Below, piece after piece: positions 19,259-32,299 of a DNA stretch of 64,000 nt (the stretch's first letter is position 1; each line of letters opens with the position of its first letter). This DNA comes from Piedraia hortae CBS 480.64. Taxonomy: Eukaryota. A program made the position numbers and the translations under genes. The DNA is taken from assembly GCA_010093745.1 (NCBI GenBank), contig MU005957.1:372001-436000 (forward strand), written 5' to 3'. The notes beneath the pieces are model-generated. The model saw only the letters and a list, made by a program, of their open reading frames with translations, did no database searches and was not told where the DNA came from.

Positions 19259-20578
19259 CTACGGCTCGTCAACTACCTGCAACGTCTTCCCGGCCGAATG
19301 AGTGTCAACAGCGACAAATCCAGCATCGGTGATGCGCACGGCCCCCGCTCGCACCAGCGCCTGCGAGAGATCGTCGAGGAGATCGTCAACATCCTCGATG
19401 CCAACGCAAAGACGGATGATATCCTCAGGCAGCGCGCGATCTTTGCGCGTAGCCGGATCGATTGAAGCATGGCTCATGCGGCACGGCATGCTGATGAGGC
19501 TGTTGACGCAGCCAAACGAGACGGAGATCGCCCACAGCTTCGTGGCATCAACGATGCGCTCCGAGATTTCGATGCTCCCTGTCTCGAAGCTTAGCACCGC
19601 CCCGGCTCCGCGCGCCTGGGACCAGTGAAGGTCGTATTGCGAATGCGACTTCAGCCCCGGATACCGCACCTTGAAGCCGTAGGCCTCCAGGAAATGGGCG
19701 ATGCGCTCGGCGTTGCTCTGCTGCTTGTCCATGCGCACGTGGAGCGTCTTGATGCCGCGCAGGAGCAGCCACGAGTCAAACGGTGACAAGCCGCAGCCGG
19801 CGCTGTTGATCATGAAGAAGAAGCGGTCGCCCAGTTCTTCGTTGTTGACCCCGATGACTCCTGCCATGACGTCGTGGTGGCCCGAAAGGTACTTGGTGCC
19901 AGACTCGTACGTCACGTCAGCTCCCGAGTCCAGCGGGTTCTGCAGCAACGGTGACATCATCGTGTTGTCGACAGCTACAATGGCGCTACTGTTGGCAGCA
20001 TGGGCGGCGGCAGAGATGCCGGCAATGTCTACAATTTTGATGAGGGGATTGGTCGGCGTTTCCAGCAGGACCATGCTTGTCTTGGCACTCAACGCCTCCT
20101 TTACGCACTCCAGACGCGTCGTATCAACATGCTTGACCACCAGTCTGCCGTAGGTAGTGAGGTACGTCAACAGACGATTAGTGCCGCCGTACAAGTCGTC
20201 GCCCGTCACCACCTCGTCACCCGGCTTCAGTACGCGTAGGATCACATCGGTGGCCGTCATTCCCGAGCTTACAGCCAGCGCACGCTTCGCGTTCATTACC
20301 TTGGCCAGATGGCGTTCAAGGTGGCTTCGTGTCGGGTTGCCGCTGCGCGTGTAGTCGTACTCCTGGCCTGGCCCGCCCTTGAATGTCGCCGATTGGTAAA
20401 TGGGCACGCTTGACGCATTGTATTGATCGCCGCATTCGGTAAACACCAGCTCCGTCGCCATGGCGTACCGCCGTCCGTTGCTGGGAGAAGACGGCGCCGG
20501 CGATGGCGGGGCCTCTTGTCCGCCCAAATCAAGACGCTTCATCGCCTTCGCAATTCTTCCCGAGTCGCTGGATGCCAT
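19259..20578 (-). CDS. STR3: Cystathionine beta-lyase (PLP-dependent)
   Basis: PIYQSATFK, YDYTRSGNPTR, DDLYGGT, LETPTNP, VDNTMMSP, ESGTKYLSGHHD (PLP Lys), ISVSFGCVNSLISMPCRMSHASI. Confidence 0.93.
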   Translation of the reverse strand: MASSDSGRIAKAMKRLDLGGQEAPPSPAPSSPSNGRRYAMATELVFTECGDQYNASSVPIYQSATFKGGPGQEYDYTRSGNPTRSHLERHLAKVMNAKRALAVSSGMTATDVILRVLKPGDEVVTGDDLYGGTNRLLTYLTTYGRLVVKHVDTTRLECVKEALSAKTSMVLLETPTNPLIKIVDIAGISAAAHAANSSAIVAVDNTMMSPLLQNPLDSGADVTYESGTKYLSGHHDVMAGVIGVNNEELGDRFFFMINSAGCGLSPFDSWLLLRGIKTLHVRMDKQQSNAERIAHFLEAYGFKVRYPGLKSHSQYDLHWSQARGAGAVLSFETGSIEISERIVDATKLWAISVSFGCVNSLISMPCRMSHASIDPATRKDRALPEDIIRLCVGIEDVDDLLDDLSQALVRAGAVRITDAGFVAVDTHSAGKTLQVVDEP

Positions 20579-20822
20579 CTTGGTAGTTTTTTAGACAGGG
20601 CTAGAGACCTGTGTGTTGTGCGTGCTTGGTTGGCGTTCGGTCCTTGGCGACCATAAAATGGGTTTCATACGAGTCGTGCTACGACGGGCCGATCCCGCGC
20701 GCCACAGCCTTACCCGTGCAGCTCACTGCGGGGTAGCGGGGTCAATAGACGTGTTGGTGATTGCGGCGTGGGGAAACCTACCATTTCCACGTAAGCCCAT
20801 ATCCTTCCTAGCTTTCTGCACG

Positions 20823-21930
20823 ATGGCACGGTACAAAGATGACAAGGTTGATCAACTCACAAATTTCATCATCAAACAGATCGGAAAACATCAACAGCAT
20901 AGAGCCCGGCTCGGGTGGCCTCCCAAACCCTTCATCATTGGCGTAAATGGAGTTCAAGGTGCGGGAAAATCAACGCTGGTATGTGATGTGTAATTTGCAT
21001 GGTCTTCGAGTGCCCGTTTTCTGCACAATGTTGTCGCATTCGCTAAGCAGAAATGTAGGTTAGCAAACTCGCCCATACTCTAGACACTCGTTACCGATAT
21101 TCCACCCTCGTGCTCTCCATTGATGATCTATATCTGCCTCACGACGCTCAAGTGGAACTTGCAAAAGCACATCCTCACAACACCCTTCTGCAGCATCGGG
21201 GTCAGCCTGGCACCCACGACGTTGCTCTTGGCGCTCGCATACTCGATGCCATTGAGAGACGAGAACGAAACGTCAAAATACCTCGATATGATAAGTCAGC
21301 CTTTGGCGGCGCCGGCGACAGGCTACCGGAGAGCAGGTGGGAAACTGTCAACGACCATGACACTCGTCTTGTGGACGTTGTTTTTCTCGAGGGATGGTGT
21401 GTTGGCTTTCGAGCTCTATGCGAAGTCGATCTCGAGGCAAAGTGGCTGGAGGCCAGGAAAGAGTTTGCGGAACAAGGAATCACATACAATGGTCAGCTTG
21501 GCCGCGTAGATCTGAACAGTTTGCTGCAGATCAATCGCTACTTAGCCAAGTACGATGTCCTTACTGACCGCCTGAAAACATTTATACATCTGTGCGATCC
21601 AACATCACTGGATTTGCCCCACCATGCTAACGCTCTCAGTGATGCTCGGGATACTCAATATGTTTATGCGTGGCGCAAGGAGCAGGAGGCGAGTCTTCGT
21701 TTAACCACGGGGTCCGGCATGACCGATAATCAAGTGGTCCAATTCGTAAACGGATGTACGTTATGAACTGCCTTTCGTCCTACTCCAAGAAGCTGACAAA
21801 GTTAGATTATCCGGCCTACGAATTGTATCTTGACAATCTACGTCAGGGCGGTGTCGTTCGTGGCTGCAGGAATCAAATCACGTTTACACTGGGAGCTGAT
21901 CGTAAAGCTCAACATGTCAGATTAATTTGA
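20823..21930 (+). CDS. TDA10: Tda10/YGR205W-like P-loop kinase (D-glycerate 3-kinase family); introns 20979-21058, 21592-21639, 21756-21805
   Basis: IIGVNGVQGAGKSTL, LSIDDLYL, LLQHRGQPGTHDV, IPRYDKSAFGGAGDR, FLEGWCVGF, YVYAWRKEQE, GMTDNQV..FVNGYYPAYELYL after splicing. Confidence 0.88.
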
Positions 21931-22050
21931 AAACATACAGATCTTTTCTCTTCGGATCGGATCGTGAAACAGTTTTAACATGTTTAAAAGCAAAGAAAGT
22001 GTAACCATTAAGCTTGACATGAACACAGCGCATAGATTCTCAAAATCTTC

Positions 22051-24876
22051 CTAGAGCTTTGGCTTGGCTCCATCCACCAACTCCGCACCGGCGCCTGCGA
22101 TGCACGGCTTTCCCGTCTCTTTCACCTTAGTCTGGAAGATTACCACGTTGCCCTCTTTCCACATCTCTGTCACCAGCGTCTGGCCTGGCAACACAACGCC
22201 GGCAAAGCGCACTTTGATGTTCTTGAACAGACCAAAAGTCCGCACGACCGCCTTACCTGCGATGCCGAAGAAGCAAAGTCCGTGTAGAATGGGCGTCTTG
22301 AAACCGCCGACTTTGCTAAATTCTGGATCAATGTGAAGAGGGTTGCGGTCGCCAGACAATCGGTAAAGGGCTGCTTGGTCTTGGCTCGTTGCCTCCTCCA
22401 CTACGGCATCAGGTGCACGCTTGGGAGGCTTGTAGACGCGAGTAGCCGCGCCCCGGTCCGAGCCTTTGGTAGGGCCTCCAAACCCTCCTGAGCCGCGAAT
22501 GAAGACCGTCGACTCGTTGTAGAAGAGGTCTTTGCCCGTAGCCTTGTCCTTGGTCGTGCTTCCCGTGACAACCAACCCGGCATTGCCCTTATCGATGACC
22601 TCCACCAGTTTCGGATAGCTCAGGGTCACGGCCTCGGTCGGAATGGGATACGAGCGAATTTCGAGATACTGTTCTCCATGGAGCAGCATCATAGGATTGA
22701 AATTCGGAACCAAGTCACCTAAATTAAAGGGCGCAACAGCGTTGAACGTGGGAATGACCCCAAAGGTTGGAAGCACTTGGAAGTCCTGGTCGTTCTCGAA
22801 CACGAGTGGTAGATCAGTGCGCTTAGCACCCACTCCCAGATCTAAAACTGTGAGTGAGAGGCCCAAGGAAAATTGCTGAGAACACTTACTGTAAAGAATC
22901 ACCTCCTTGTCATCATAGCGGTACTCTGAGCCCTCGGCCTTGGCGTTCTTGGCCTCTTCGATGTTGGAAAGGATTTCCTGGTTGCCTCCCGAGCCAGAAG
23001 AGCCAGAGGAGCCTTTGCTCTTGTTCTCCATATTGGCCATGATCTTCTCTAGACCTGAACTAGGATCACTTGGATGATCTGCTCGTCCATCATCAAAGTT
23101 CTGGATCTTACTGAGATTCTTCAGAACTGTCTCCGGCGTAAGCTTGACATCGACAGGAAAGCCGACGCCACCGGTGCGCTGCCAGCGTGTTTCGCCTACC
23201 CAACCGCTACCGCTTTCAAACAATCGACCGGTCGCAGGCTGTGGCATCTTGTCGGAGCAGAGCAAGAGAACAAGGGGGGCGACATAATCGGGCTTGAAAG
23301 CCTGCACCATCTCTTCTGGCATGATGGTCCTCGTCATCGAAGTGCCAGCATTAGGGGCAATGGTATTCACGTAGATGTTGTACTTATGACCTTCCCTTGC
23401 CAGGGCACGAGAGAAACCGAGGATACCACACTTGGCCGCGGCGTAATTGGCCTGACCAAAGTTTCCATAAATGCCCGACGTGGAGGTCGTGTTCACGATG
23501 CGCCCATACTTTTGCTTGAGGAAATAGGGCCAAGCCGCCTTTGTGACCTTGTAGGTTCCGCGCAGGTGCACGTCAAGGACCTGCTGGAACATCTTATCAT
23601 CCATATTGGTAAAGGCCTTGTCACGCAGAATGCCGGCATTGTTCACGATAATATCGACGCGGCCGTAGGCATCGATCGCGGCCTTGACAACCTTCTCGCC
23701 GTCTTCAGCACTTGCTTTGACTCCAACGGCTTCGCCGCCCGATTTCCGGATCTCATTGACGACATCATCGGGATTCACGAGATCGTTGACGACAACCTTG
23801 GCACCGTATTTGGCAAATTGGAGGCAGTAGATGCGACCAAGGCCGGCACCTCCACCAGTAACCAGAGCCACGCGGTCGTTGAACTCGACTTTGTCAGCAG
23901 GCGGGTTAGGGGGTAGCTTCTGCGCTTCCTCAAGCAAAGTCATAAAGTCATTGGCGCCGGTAGGGTAGCTGGGCTGGGAAAAGTCGGATACGTCCTTCCA
24001 CTTCTTCAACAAAGCACCGGCAGTGAAGGATTCATCTGCCCGCAAAAGTGCTCCCTTGGATCGTTCCCACCTTAGCTTCGCCACGTGGCCACCTCCGACC
24101 TCGTATATGGCACCGGTCTCTGTCTGGTTGGAGGAGTGGGTTAGTACGGCAACCAAAGGAACGACCCACTCGGGCTTCAAGTTCTCCAGCACGTCAGGCG
24201 GCATGACAGTCGCAGTCATGCGGCTGGCGGCAATGGGTGCGATGACATTGCAAAGGATGTTGTACTTGAGGCCTTCCTTTGCTAGAGTCTCAGTGAAGCC
24301 AACCTGGCTCAGTTTGGCAGCGCTATAATTGCACTGGCCGAAGCTGCCGAACAGGCCGGCCGCGCTTGCCGTGCTGATAACACGTCCGTACTTTTGCTTG
24401 CGGAAGTACGGCCAGGCCGCACGAGCACACTTGTAGGCGCCTACGACGTGGACCTTCATGATAAGGTCCCAATCTTGGTCCTTCATGTTCTTAAAAGAAA
24501 CATCGCGCAAAATACCAGCGTTGTTGATGAGCACATCAACGCGACCAAAGCTCTGGATGGCAGTCTGGATGATGGCATCGCCATTCTCAACACTGTCGTA
24601 GTTTGCAACTGCCTTGCCCCCAGCCGATTGGATCTCGGATACAACTTGGTCAGCGGCCTAGTGGCTTTGTAAGTACTCGAACAGCAGCTTTTGGTGCGAC
24701 GAGCTGGGCCTTACCGAGCTGTTGCCCCCTTCGCCCTTGGTGCTTCCACCAAGATCGTTTACCACAACACTAGCTCCCCGTGATGCGAAGAAGGTCGCAT
24801 ATGCCTTTCCAAGGCCACCGCCTGCACCGGTGACAACAACGACCTGGCCATCGTAGCGGAGTTCTTCACCTGCCAT
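22051..24876 (-). CDS. FOX2: Peroxisomal multifunctional beta-oxidation enzyme (two SDR domains + MaoC hydratase); introns 24714-24658 and 22889-22842
   Basis: [10 protein letters not shown] and [18 protein letters not shown] twice, [34 protein letters not shown]-terminal PTS1-like PKL. Confidence 0.97.
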
Positions 24877-24979
24877 GCTGGATAGCAAACCGATAGATTA
24901 AGAAAGGTTTCAAAATGAATCAGGCGCGAGTAGTGTTATTTGAAGGGAGGTGGAAGCTCATATCCATGTGAGCCTGTTG

Positions 24980-24985
24980 CCGAGG
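24980..24985. promoter_or_regulatory. FarA/FarB-type CCGAGG site upstream of FOX2
   Basis: CCGAGG (reverse complement CCTCGG) about 104 nt upstream of the FOX2 ATG; the established core site of fatty-acid-responsive Far regulators in Pezizomycotina. Confidence 0.55.
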
Positions 24986-27956
24986 TCAGGATGAAGCCGA
25001 GCTCCCGCACCTGGCAGGGTCAAAGCCGACAACAGTGTGCGAATAAAGCAATCCAGAACCGTCATCCATTGATTTTGCAGCATTCGGCTATAATTCGAGT
25101 GCGTGATGGATTTAGCATGATTTCCCGATTGCACTTCTGCTTTAGTCACGCTCACTTACGAGACATCACAGTGGGTCTCTTGCCGGCCGTACGATGAATA
25201 CGGCTTATGGGAAAAACAATGGGTCAATTACGTTATCATTTCTCGCCAAGCATTCGGTGTCGAGCATGAACAGGATGAGTTCCAGTATATGGTTGACCGC
25301 TCATCTTGCCGGGTAGTGCACAAGTCTTATTCGAGTTCTAAGTTTGCAGATAGACTTAACACAAAGTACAAACGCACGAGGCTTTCTGTTCCCTGTCATA
25401 GGACTTGAGCGATCTACATAATGTTTAGAATCGTATTGCCTTGCAGGCTTGAGAATAGGTATGCTAATAGAATCGGCTTCGGTGAATCGGGTTGAGGACG
25501 ATAGATGTATCCATCGATAATCCACAAAATAAACCTTGGTGGGCATGCTCCTCATTTACGCATCACGGCAACACATTGTATGAAGCTTAAAGCACGCACC
25601 ATCCACCGAAGCACGTGGATTAAAAGGGTCGGCGAGCAGTTGGCGTCAAAATGGGGCTGAGTTCGATTGAGAGACCTAGTTTGTAGTGACCCGGAAGGTT
25701 CGAACTGTAGAGTCACAAGGCACGACAGTGCTGTGCGATGACAGTGTCGATTCCTATTCCTGCTTGATGGGAAAAATACAGAAAATGTGCCAAAATTGCA
25801 GCCTCATTCGTAAGCACAGATTGCAGCATTACCTTATATCCCAAGAAAAGACTTGCAATCACGCTCTGCGGTTTTTGGTCTTCACTTTCACCCCGATAAT
25901 CATTTACAACAGAAGCTTTGTTTGTGTCTTGCAGTCTGATACATCACTGCTCGTGCGAAAAAAAACTTCTCTGAAGATTGATATTCTATCCCCCATAGGA
26001 TTATTTAAATAATTGTCGAGGTGCATCAACCAGTGAGGGCAATGCTTCTGGAACTTGGCATCCTTCTATACGATGGCAAGTCACTGAAACGCTAGCCAGC
26101 CAGTTTAGTATTCGCCGAGGCAGAACCAAAGGCGACAACAAAGCCTCGACTAGTGTCATTATTGCAAAGCAAACCCTCCACATCGTAACTAGTGCTGTAA
26201 CTGCTGGTATCACGTGACAGACCCAGACCAGCCATTCTAGAAAGACTAACGGCGAATATGAGGCCCACGAAATCGGTGAAAGAGGCTCGCTTTCGCAGAA
26301 CAAAGAGCATGGATAAGGTGGAGGCATTTCTTGAGTGGCAGTGGTTGTTGGGGCAGTGGCAGGAGCTAGCTCAGGTGGAACAAGGTAGACTGGGGGTAAC
26401 AGCTCTGTAGTCAAGCTGCTGCTGGCGCAGCCGGTGGCGTTGCAAAATCAATCGGACGTTTTTTGGAGGTGAGGCGGGGAATGTGACGTGAGCGGTCCGA
26501 ACCGCAACCTAGCGTGTCCGTTGCGGGCTGGAAAGGCTGAAAAGTGGAGGCCGCGCTAGAATTGTCCAGACCAGGGTTGCCCAAAGTACGAAACCCAGAA
26601 GCAGCACGATCACTGCACCATGCAAGGGCAACTGGCGGGCAGCGACTTTCGGAGTTTTCTCTGCCGGCAGCAAATCGCCCAGAAGAACGGTAAGACTGGG
26701 GCTCGCGCATGTGAAGAATACGATCTTCATCGGGTACAACGGCACGAGCCGTCCCGCCGAAACTGGCATTACCTCGCCGCCGATGAGGAAAGTGCATCTG
26801 CGCTCAGAGAATGCAAGAGCGATGCAAGTGATCACACTGAGGTAAACCTTACAATACTGAGCAGAAATATAAACTAGCTCTCGCTGGGATGGGGTGACGA
26901 GGCAACTGTTCAACATCACGAACAGAGGTGCTCTGCGTCCAACTTCGTCGGCTCGGTGCGAATTGACACTTCTAGAAGTTCCAAAGGCCAAGCATCACGT
27001 CAACAAGACACATGAGAAAAAGGAATGTAATGTGTCAAAACCATTTAGTTACGTTAATGGGGATAAGCCGTTAACTGTCGCGGGCAATCCGGTGGTCAAA
27101 AGGAGACTGCGCGAAACATAATCAAGCCACGTGATTTGCCGAGATATCCCCCACAAGAGTTGCTTATTGGCTTGATGGTCGCTCATTGGATTGAATGTTT
27201 GAGTAACGTTTGACATGGAAGAATTGCCATGATACAGCGCCGCTCATTGCCGGAATCATTTGCCGCGTCGTCAACGGCAGGTGGTGGTCACGGAGTGACT
27301 AACACAGGAGTCTCCAACGGTCAATTTCGAGTTGACGGAGTGAGCGCTCCTTCGGATGCAGGTTCCCGTGCTGGCTAGTGCAGACGACCGCACGGGTGAT
27401 TTTTGGCGCCGAGATTCGGCCGACGTTCCAGGATGTCCGAGCAGCAACCGTCAAATCAAGGGAGTGTATGCGAACAATAGTGTAGACGCGGTTGTAAGTG
27501 GCTATTGTATATTCCAATTGTTAAAATTTCCTACTTTTACTGCTGTTCTAGTTCCGCTTTGAGCTGCAGCCTTTAAAACGGGTACCGCTTTCAGCATCGC
27601 CTCTGTTGATTGGTTGCCGATACCGGCCACACAGATTTCGCACCGCTGTCATAGCTGACAGCCAATTAGAAGTTGATTAGCCCGCGGTGAAGCCCCTCTC
27701 CAGCCCGTGCACCGGCCCGTTTGGTTGACCGAGTCCGTCTCGTCGTCGTGCTGACATTTGCCCGTGTGCGGGACCGTGTGTACGCGGGCGCCAAGACGGA
27801 TCTTCCCGCTTTCCCAGCACGCCAGTTAAATCCCTCCCAGCTTCGCTCCCGTTGTTACCTTTTTCCCCTCTCCCCTCACCCACCCCCAGCTTCATCACTT
27901 TCGCCTTACCCCCCGGCCATCAATAACTCCCCAGCGGCCAGCTTCCTCTCCAACGT

Positions 27957-30900
27957 ATGGCCGCGCCCCGTGTAAGCTTCTCTTCACCCGACAAAGAAAT
28001 GGAGACCTCGGAGCCCGCACCCGATCGGGCGCGCAAGTGGTCTCAGGCGCCTGGTGCCATTGAAGATCTTGGTAAGTTAGCTGATGGTAGACGCGTAAAG
28101 TACATGTGCTGATGCTCTAAAGATGAATACACGGCGCTCCAAAAGTACATTTCCACGTACAAGGACCCCAAGGCCGCGGAAGCGGAAGATGCTCAGGGCC
28201 AGAATGCCCAGGACGCTGGCAAAGGCAAGAAATGGTGGCAGGTATGCATTGTAGTGCCTTTGTGAGCAAGGTGCGCTGCTAACCTGCTCCAGTTCTGGCG
28301 CTCCGGCAGCTCTGCAGCCGCAACGGACAAGGATGCCGGCAACGTGCCCGACGAGTTTCTCGAAACCAGCATTAGCGATGGCCTTGGCGCCGAAGAGGTT
28401 GAAAAACGTCGCCGGCGGTATGGGTGGAACGAAATTACGACGGAGAAGGAGAATCTGTTCATCAAGTTCCTCACGTTCTTTACCGGTCCTATCCTCTATG
28501 GTACGTGTGCTCTCGCCTTGTGGCCGTCGTCCGCTAACAGCAATGTCAGTAATGGAACTTGCTGTCCTCCTCGCTGCTGGCCTGCGCGACTGGGTCGATC
28601 TCGGAGTCATCGTCGGTATCCTTTTGCTTAACGCTCTTGTTGGCTGGTACCAGGAGAAACAAGCTGCCGATGTCGTGGCCTCTCTCAAGGGAGACATTGC
28701 TATGCGAGCTGTTGTCATTCGCGGCGGTCAGGAGGCGGAAATTAAGGCGCGCGAATTGGTTCCCGGCGATATCGTTATCATCGAAGAAGGCCAGAGTGTC
28801 CCGGCAGACGCCCGCCTTATCTGTGACTACGAGCATCCCGAGGACTTTGAGCGCTACAAGGAACTCCGCGAACAGCACTCGTTCAGCCCCGAAGAAGACC
28901 CCGCTGGCAAGGAGGATGGCGAGGGCGAGGGTGAAGAAGGCGCCGGAATCCCGCACCAAGGTCATGCTATTGTTGCTTGCGATCAATCAGCCATCACGGG
29001 TGAATCTCTTGCCGTCGACAAATTCATGGGCGACATGGTCTACTATACGACGGGCTGCAAGCGCGGCCGCGCCTACGCCGTCTGTGTTGCATCAGCCAAG
29101 TACTCTTTCGTCGGTCGCACAGCAACGCTTGTGCAAGGCGCCAAGGATCAGGGCCATTTCAAAGCCATCATGAACAACATTGGCACCTCGCTTCTGGTTC
29201 TCGTCATGTTCTGGATTCTCGCCGCCTGGATCGGTGGTTTCTTCCGTCATCTCCATCTGGCCACACCCGAGAAGTCGTACAACAGCCTCCTCTATTACGT
29301 TCTTATTCTCTTCATCATCGGCGTGCCCGTCGGTCTGCCCGTCGTCACCACAACGACTCTGGCTGTCGGTGCTGCTTACCTCGCTAAGGACAAGGCCATT
29401 GTGCAGAAACTCACTGCCATCGAGTCGCTTGCTGGTGTCGATGTTCTCTGCTCCGATAAGACTGGAACCCTGACGGCCAATCAGCTCTCTATCCGCGAGC
29501 CTTATGTTGCCGAGGGCCAGGATGTAAATTGGATGATGGCGTGTGCCGCTCTTGCTTCGTCGCACAACGTCAAGTCTCTCGATCCTATTGACAAGGTCAC
29601 CATCCTCACACTCAAGCGCTATCCCAAGGCCCGTGACATTCTTAAGGACGACTGGAAGACCGAGAAGTTCACTCCCTTTGATCCCGTTTCCAAGCGCATT
29701 ACCACCATCTGCACTCTTCGCGGCGACCGCTTCACTTGTGCCAAGGGTGCTCCCAAGGCCGTTCTCAATCTGACCGACTGTACCAAGGAGCAGGCCGACT
29801 TGTTCAAGGAGAAGGCTGCTGAATTCGCCCGCCGTGGTTTCCGCTCTCTCGGTGTCGCCTACCAGAAGAACAACGGTCCCTGGGTTCTCCTTGGCATGCT
29901 TTCCATGTTCGATCCCCCTCGTGAAGACACGGCTCAAACTATTGTGGAGGCCCAGCAGCTCGGTGTGCCGGTCAAGATGTTGACTGGTGATGCCATCGCC
30001 ATCGCCAAGGAAACGTGCAAGATGTTGGCTCTCGGTACCAAAGTCTACAACTCCACCAAGCTCATTCACGGCGGACTCAGCGGCACAATGCAGCACGATT
30101 TGGTCGAGCGCGCAGACGGTTTCGCCGAAGTGTTCCCTGAACACAAGTACCAAGTCGTCGAAATGCTCCAACAACGCGGCCATTTGACTGCTATGACTGG
30201 TGACGGTGTCAACGACGCTCCATCGCTCAAGAAGGCTGATTGCGGTATCGCTGTCGAAGGCTCCTCGGAAGCCGCTCAGGCCGCTGCCGACATTGTTTTC
30301 CTTGCTCCCGGCCTTTCGACAATCGTATTGGCCATCAAGATCGCCCGCCAGATTTTCCAGCGCATGAAGGCGTACATCCAGTACCGCATCGCGCTCTGTC
30401 TGCATCTCGAAATCTATCTCGTCACCTCCATGATCATCCTCAACGAAACCATCTCGGCCGAGCTTATCGTCTTCATTGCTCTCTTTGCTGATCTGGCCAC
30501 TGTTGCTGTCGCTTACGACAACGCCTTTTCTGATCAACGGCCCGTCGAATGGCAGCTTCCAAAGATCTGGGTCATCTCTGTTGTCCTCGGTGTCGAGCTT
30601 GCAATTGCTACCTGGATCATCCGCGGAACACTCTTCCTGCGGAGCGGTGGTGTTGTGCAGAACTACGGCAACATTCAGGAGATCCTCTTCCTTGAAATCG
30701 CTTTGACTGAGAATTGGCTCATCTTCGTCACCCGTGGTGGTGCCACTTTCCCCTCGTGGCAGCTCATCGGCGCCATCCTCGTGGTCGACGCCATTGCGAC
30801 TCTGTTCTGTATCTTCGGTTGGCTCGCTCCCGAGTATGATACGAAGCCTCTTCCGGACCCGATGGGTGCCTTTTACCACCGTCAAGATCCTCACAAGCGA

Positions 30901-31155
30901 ACCGATGTCGTCACAGTCGTCACCATTTGGGCATACTCCATTGGTGTCATTATCATTATCGCCATCACCTACTTCATGCTCAACCGCATCCCTGGGCTTG
31001 CCGATCTCGGCCGTCAAAAACGCAATATGCATGATACCCAAATGGAGAACATTATTGCGCATCTCAGCAAGCTGGTTGTACGGAAGGAACATGATAAAAC
31101 AGGCGAGGAGAAGTGGGCATTGGCTGCTAAGGCAGAAGACGACGACGAGGAGTAA
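27957..31155 (+). CDS. PMA1: Plasma-membrane H+-ATPase; introns 28072-28122, 28242-28292, 28501-28549
   Basis: DQSAITGES, CSDKTGTLT, KGAP, FDPPRED, MTGDGVNDAPSLKKAD, LTENWLIF. The spliced N-terminus reads MAAPRVSF...DEYTALQKYISTY...KKWWQFW. Confidence 0.97.
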
Positions 31156-32299
31156 TATAGAGGTTAATACTGTATGTTTTCCTTGTCTTCTTGTATATGC
31201 TTTTCTGATCCACTTCATGTCTCCTGTGCTGTGTTTTTCCTTCATTTTAGTATGCAAGTGCGAAACTAACACTAGATTTGACGTCTGATTTTTTCGGATG
31301 TACCCAATCGTCTCGTACTTGGTGGTACCTTTTTGGAACCAACTCGGACTGGTGTAATATCAATCCATCGAACTACGTACAAAGCCTTTGAACTCGGTTA
31401 ACATGCTTCGCACTGAGCTTAATTGGCTTGTGAGTCAACCCTGTGCTGCTGGCAAGGCATCTTCAAGGACAGGTCTTGCTCAATCCGATATATGTTTCAC
31501 ACACCCATTACGAAGCTATCGATACCGACGTACAGATTGGATTATGTAAGAATATTAGAACCTGTGCATGGCTCAGGGATTCGGTGTTTTCAGCAGAGTT
31601 GACCTACTTGATCACTTGATAGGGTTCATATTAAAAACGCAATGAGGGCTGTTGTGAGCGTCTCGGGTAATGATTGCTAACCATTGCGATGACTGGATTG
31701 TCTTGATCTGGCTACAAACTCTGGCCAACTTTGAGACGGCAATCACAACAATCCACAATGTCTTGGCGTTCAATGGCCAGAACGCAATGCTCATCCACCA
31801 AAGAATGATGATTAAAGGGTAAAGGCTGAAGGATATGATGTCGATATTCACGTAAGAAGAAATGCCATCGCTCGTCGAGCTGCTTCCCTCGGTTCGTCAG
31901 GACAGCGTTCAAGGCACAGTCCGAATCAACCCCCGAAGCTTTGCCAATCATTGTGACAAGGAATTTTGACCGACATGCTTGTCACAAATTTCTGAAAGAG
32001 CTCATACTGGATGCAAAGACTACTTGATGTGCCAAGTTCATCAAACAGGGGTGTTGTACCTTGATAAGGACAACACTCAAATCATCAAATAAAGCCGCTA
32101 TATACCAAGCTGAAAGGTGCTTTGTACCAACGAAATCAAAAATGTAACCTCAGACAAAGGCACATGATAAAGACACGGTGCACTTATTCCAGAATTGCGC
32201 TGTACCTTGTAAGCAACATCTTGCCCCAATCTGCCAAAACTGTAACCTACATTCGGAAAGAATACTGCACACCGACTACGATCCAACACACCTTTGAAC

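Noticed and set aside
2932..21930. Cryptic peroxisomal targeting by stop-codon read-through in the metabolic genes
   Set aside because: None of the stops inspected has the TGA-CTA context or an obvious in-frame PTS1 extension.
23074..23916. 280-aa antisense ORF within FOX2, and similar shadows over MepB, HRQ1 and MSB2
   Set aside because: Fully nested opposite a well-supported gene; explained by codon bias or low complexity.
28333..28549. ORF-track start of PMA1 at 28333
   Set aside because: Out-of-frame read-through of exon 3 and intron 3; the spliced start is 27957.
29092..31272. 726-aa antisense ORF over PMA1
   Set aside because: Shadow of strong codon bias in a highly expressed gene; no independent motifs.
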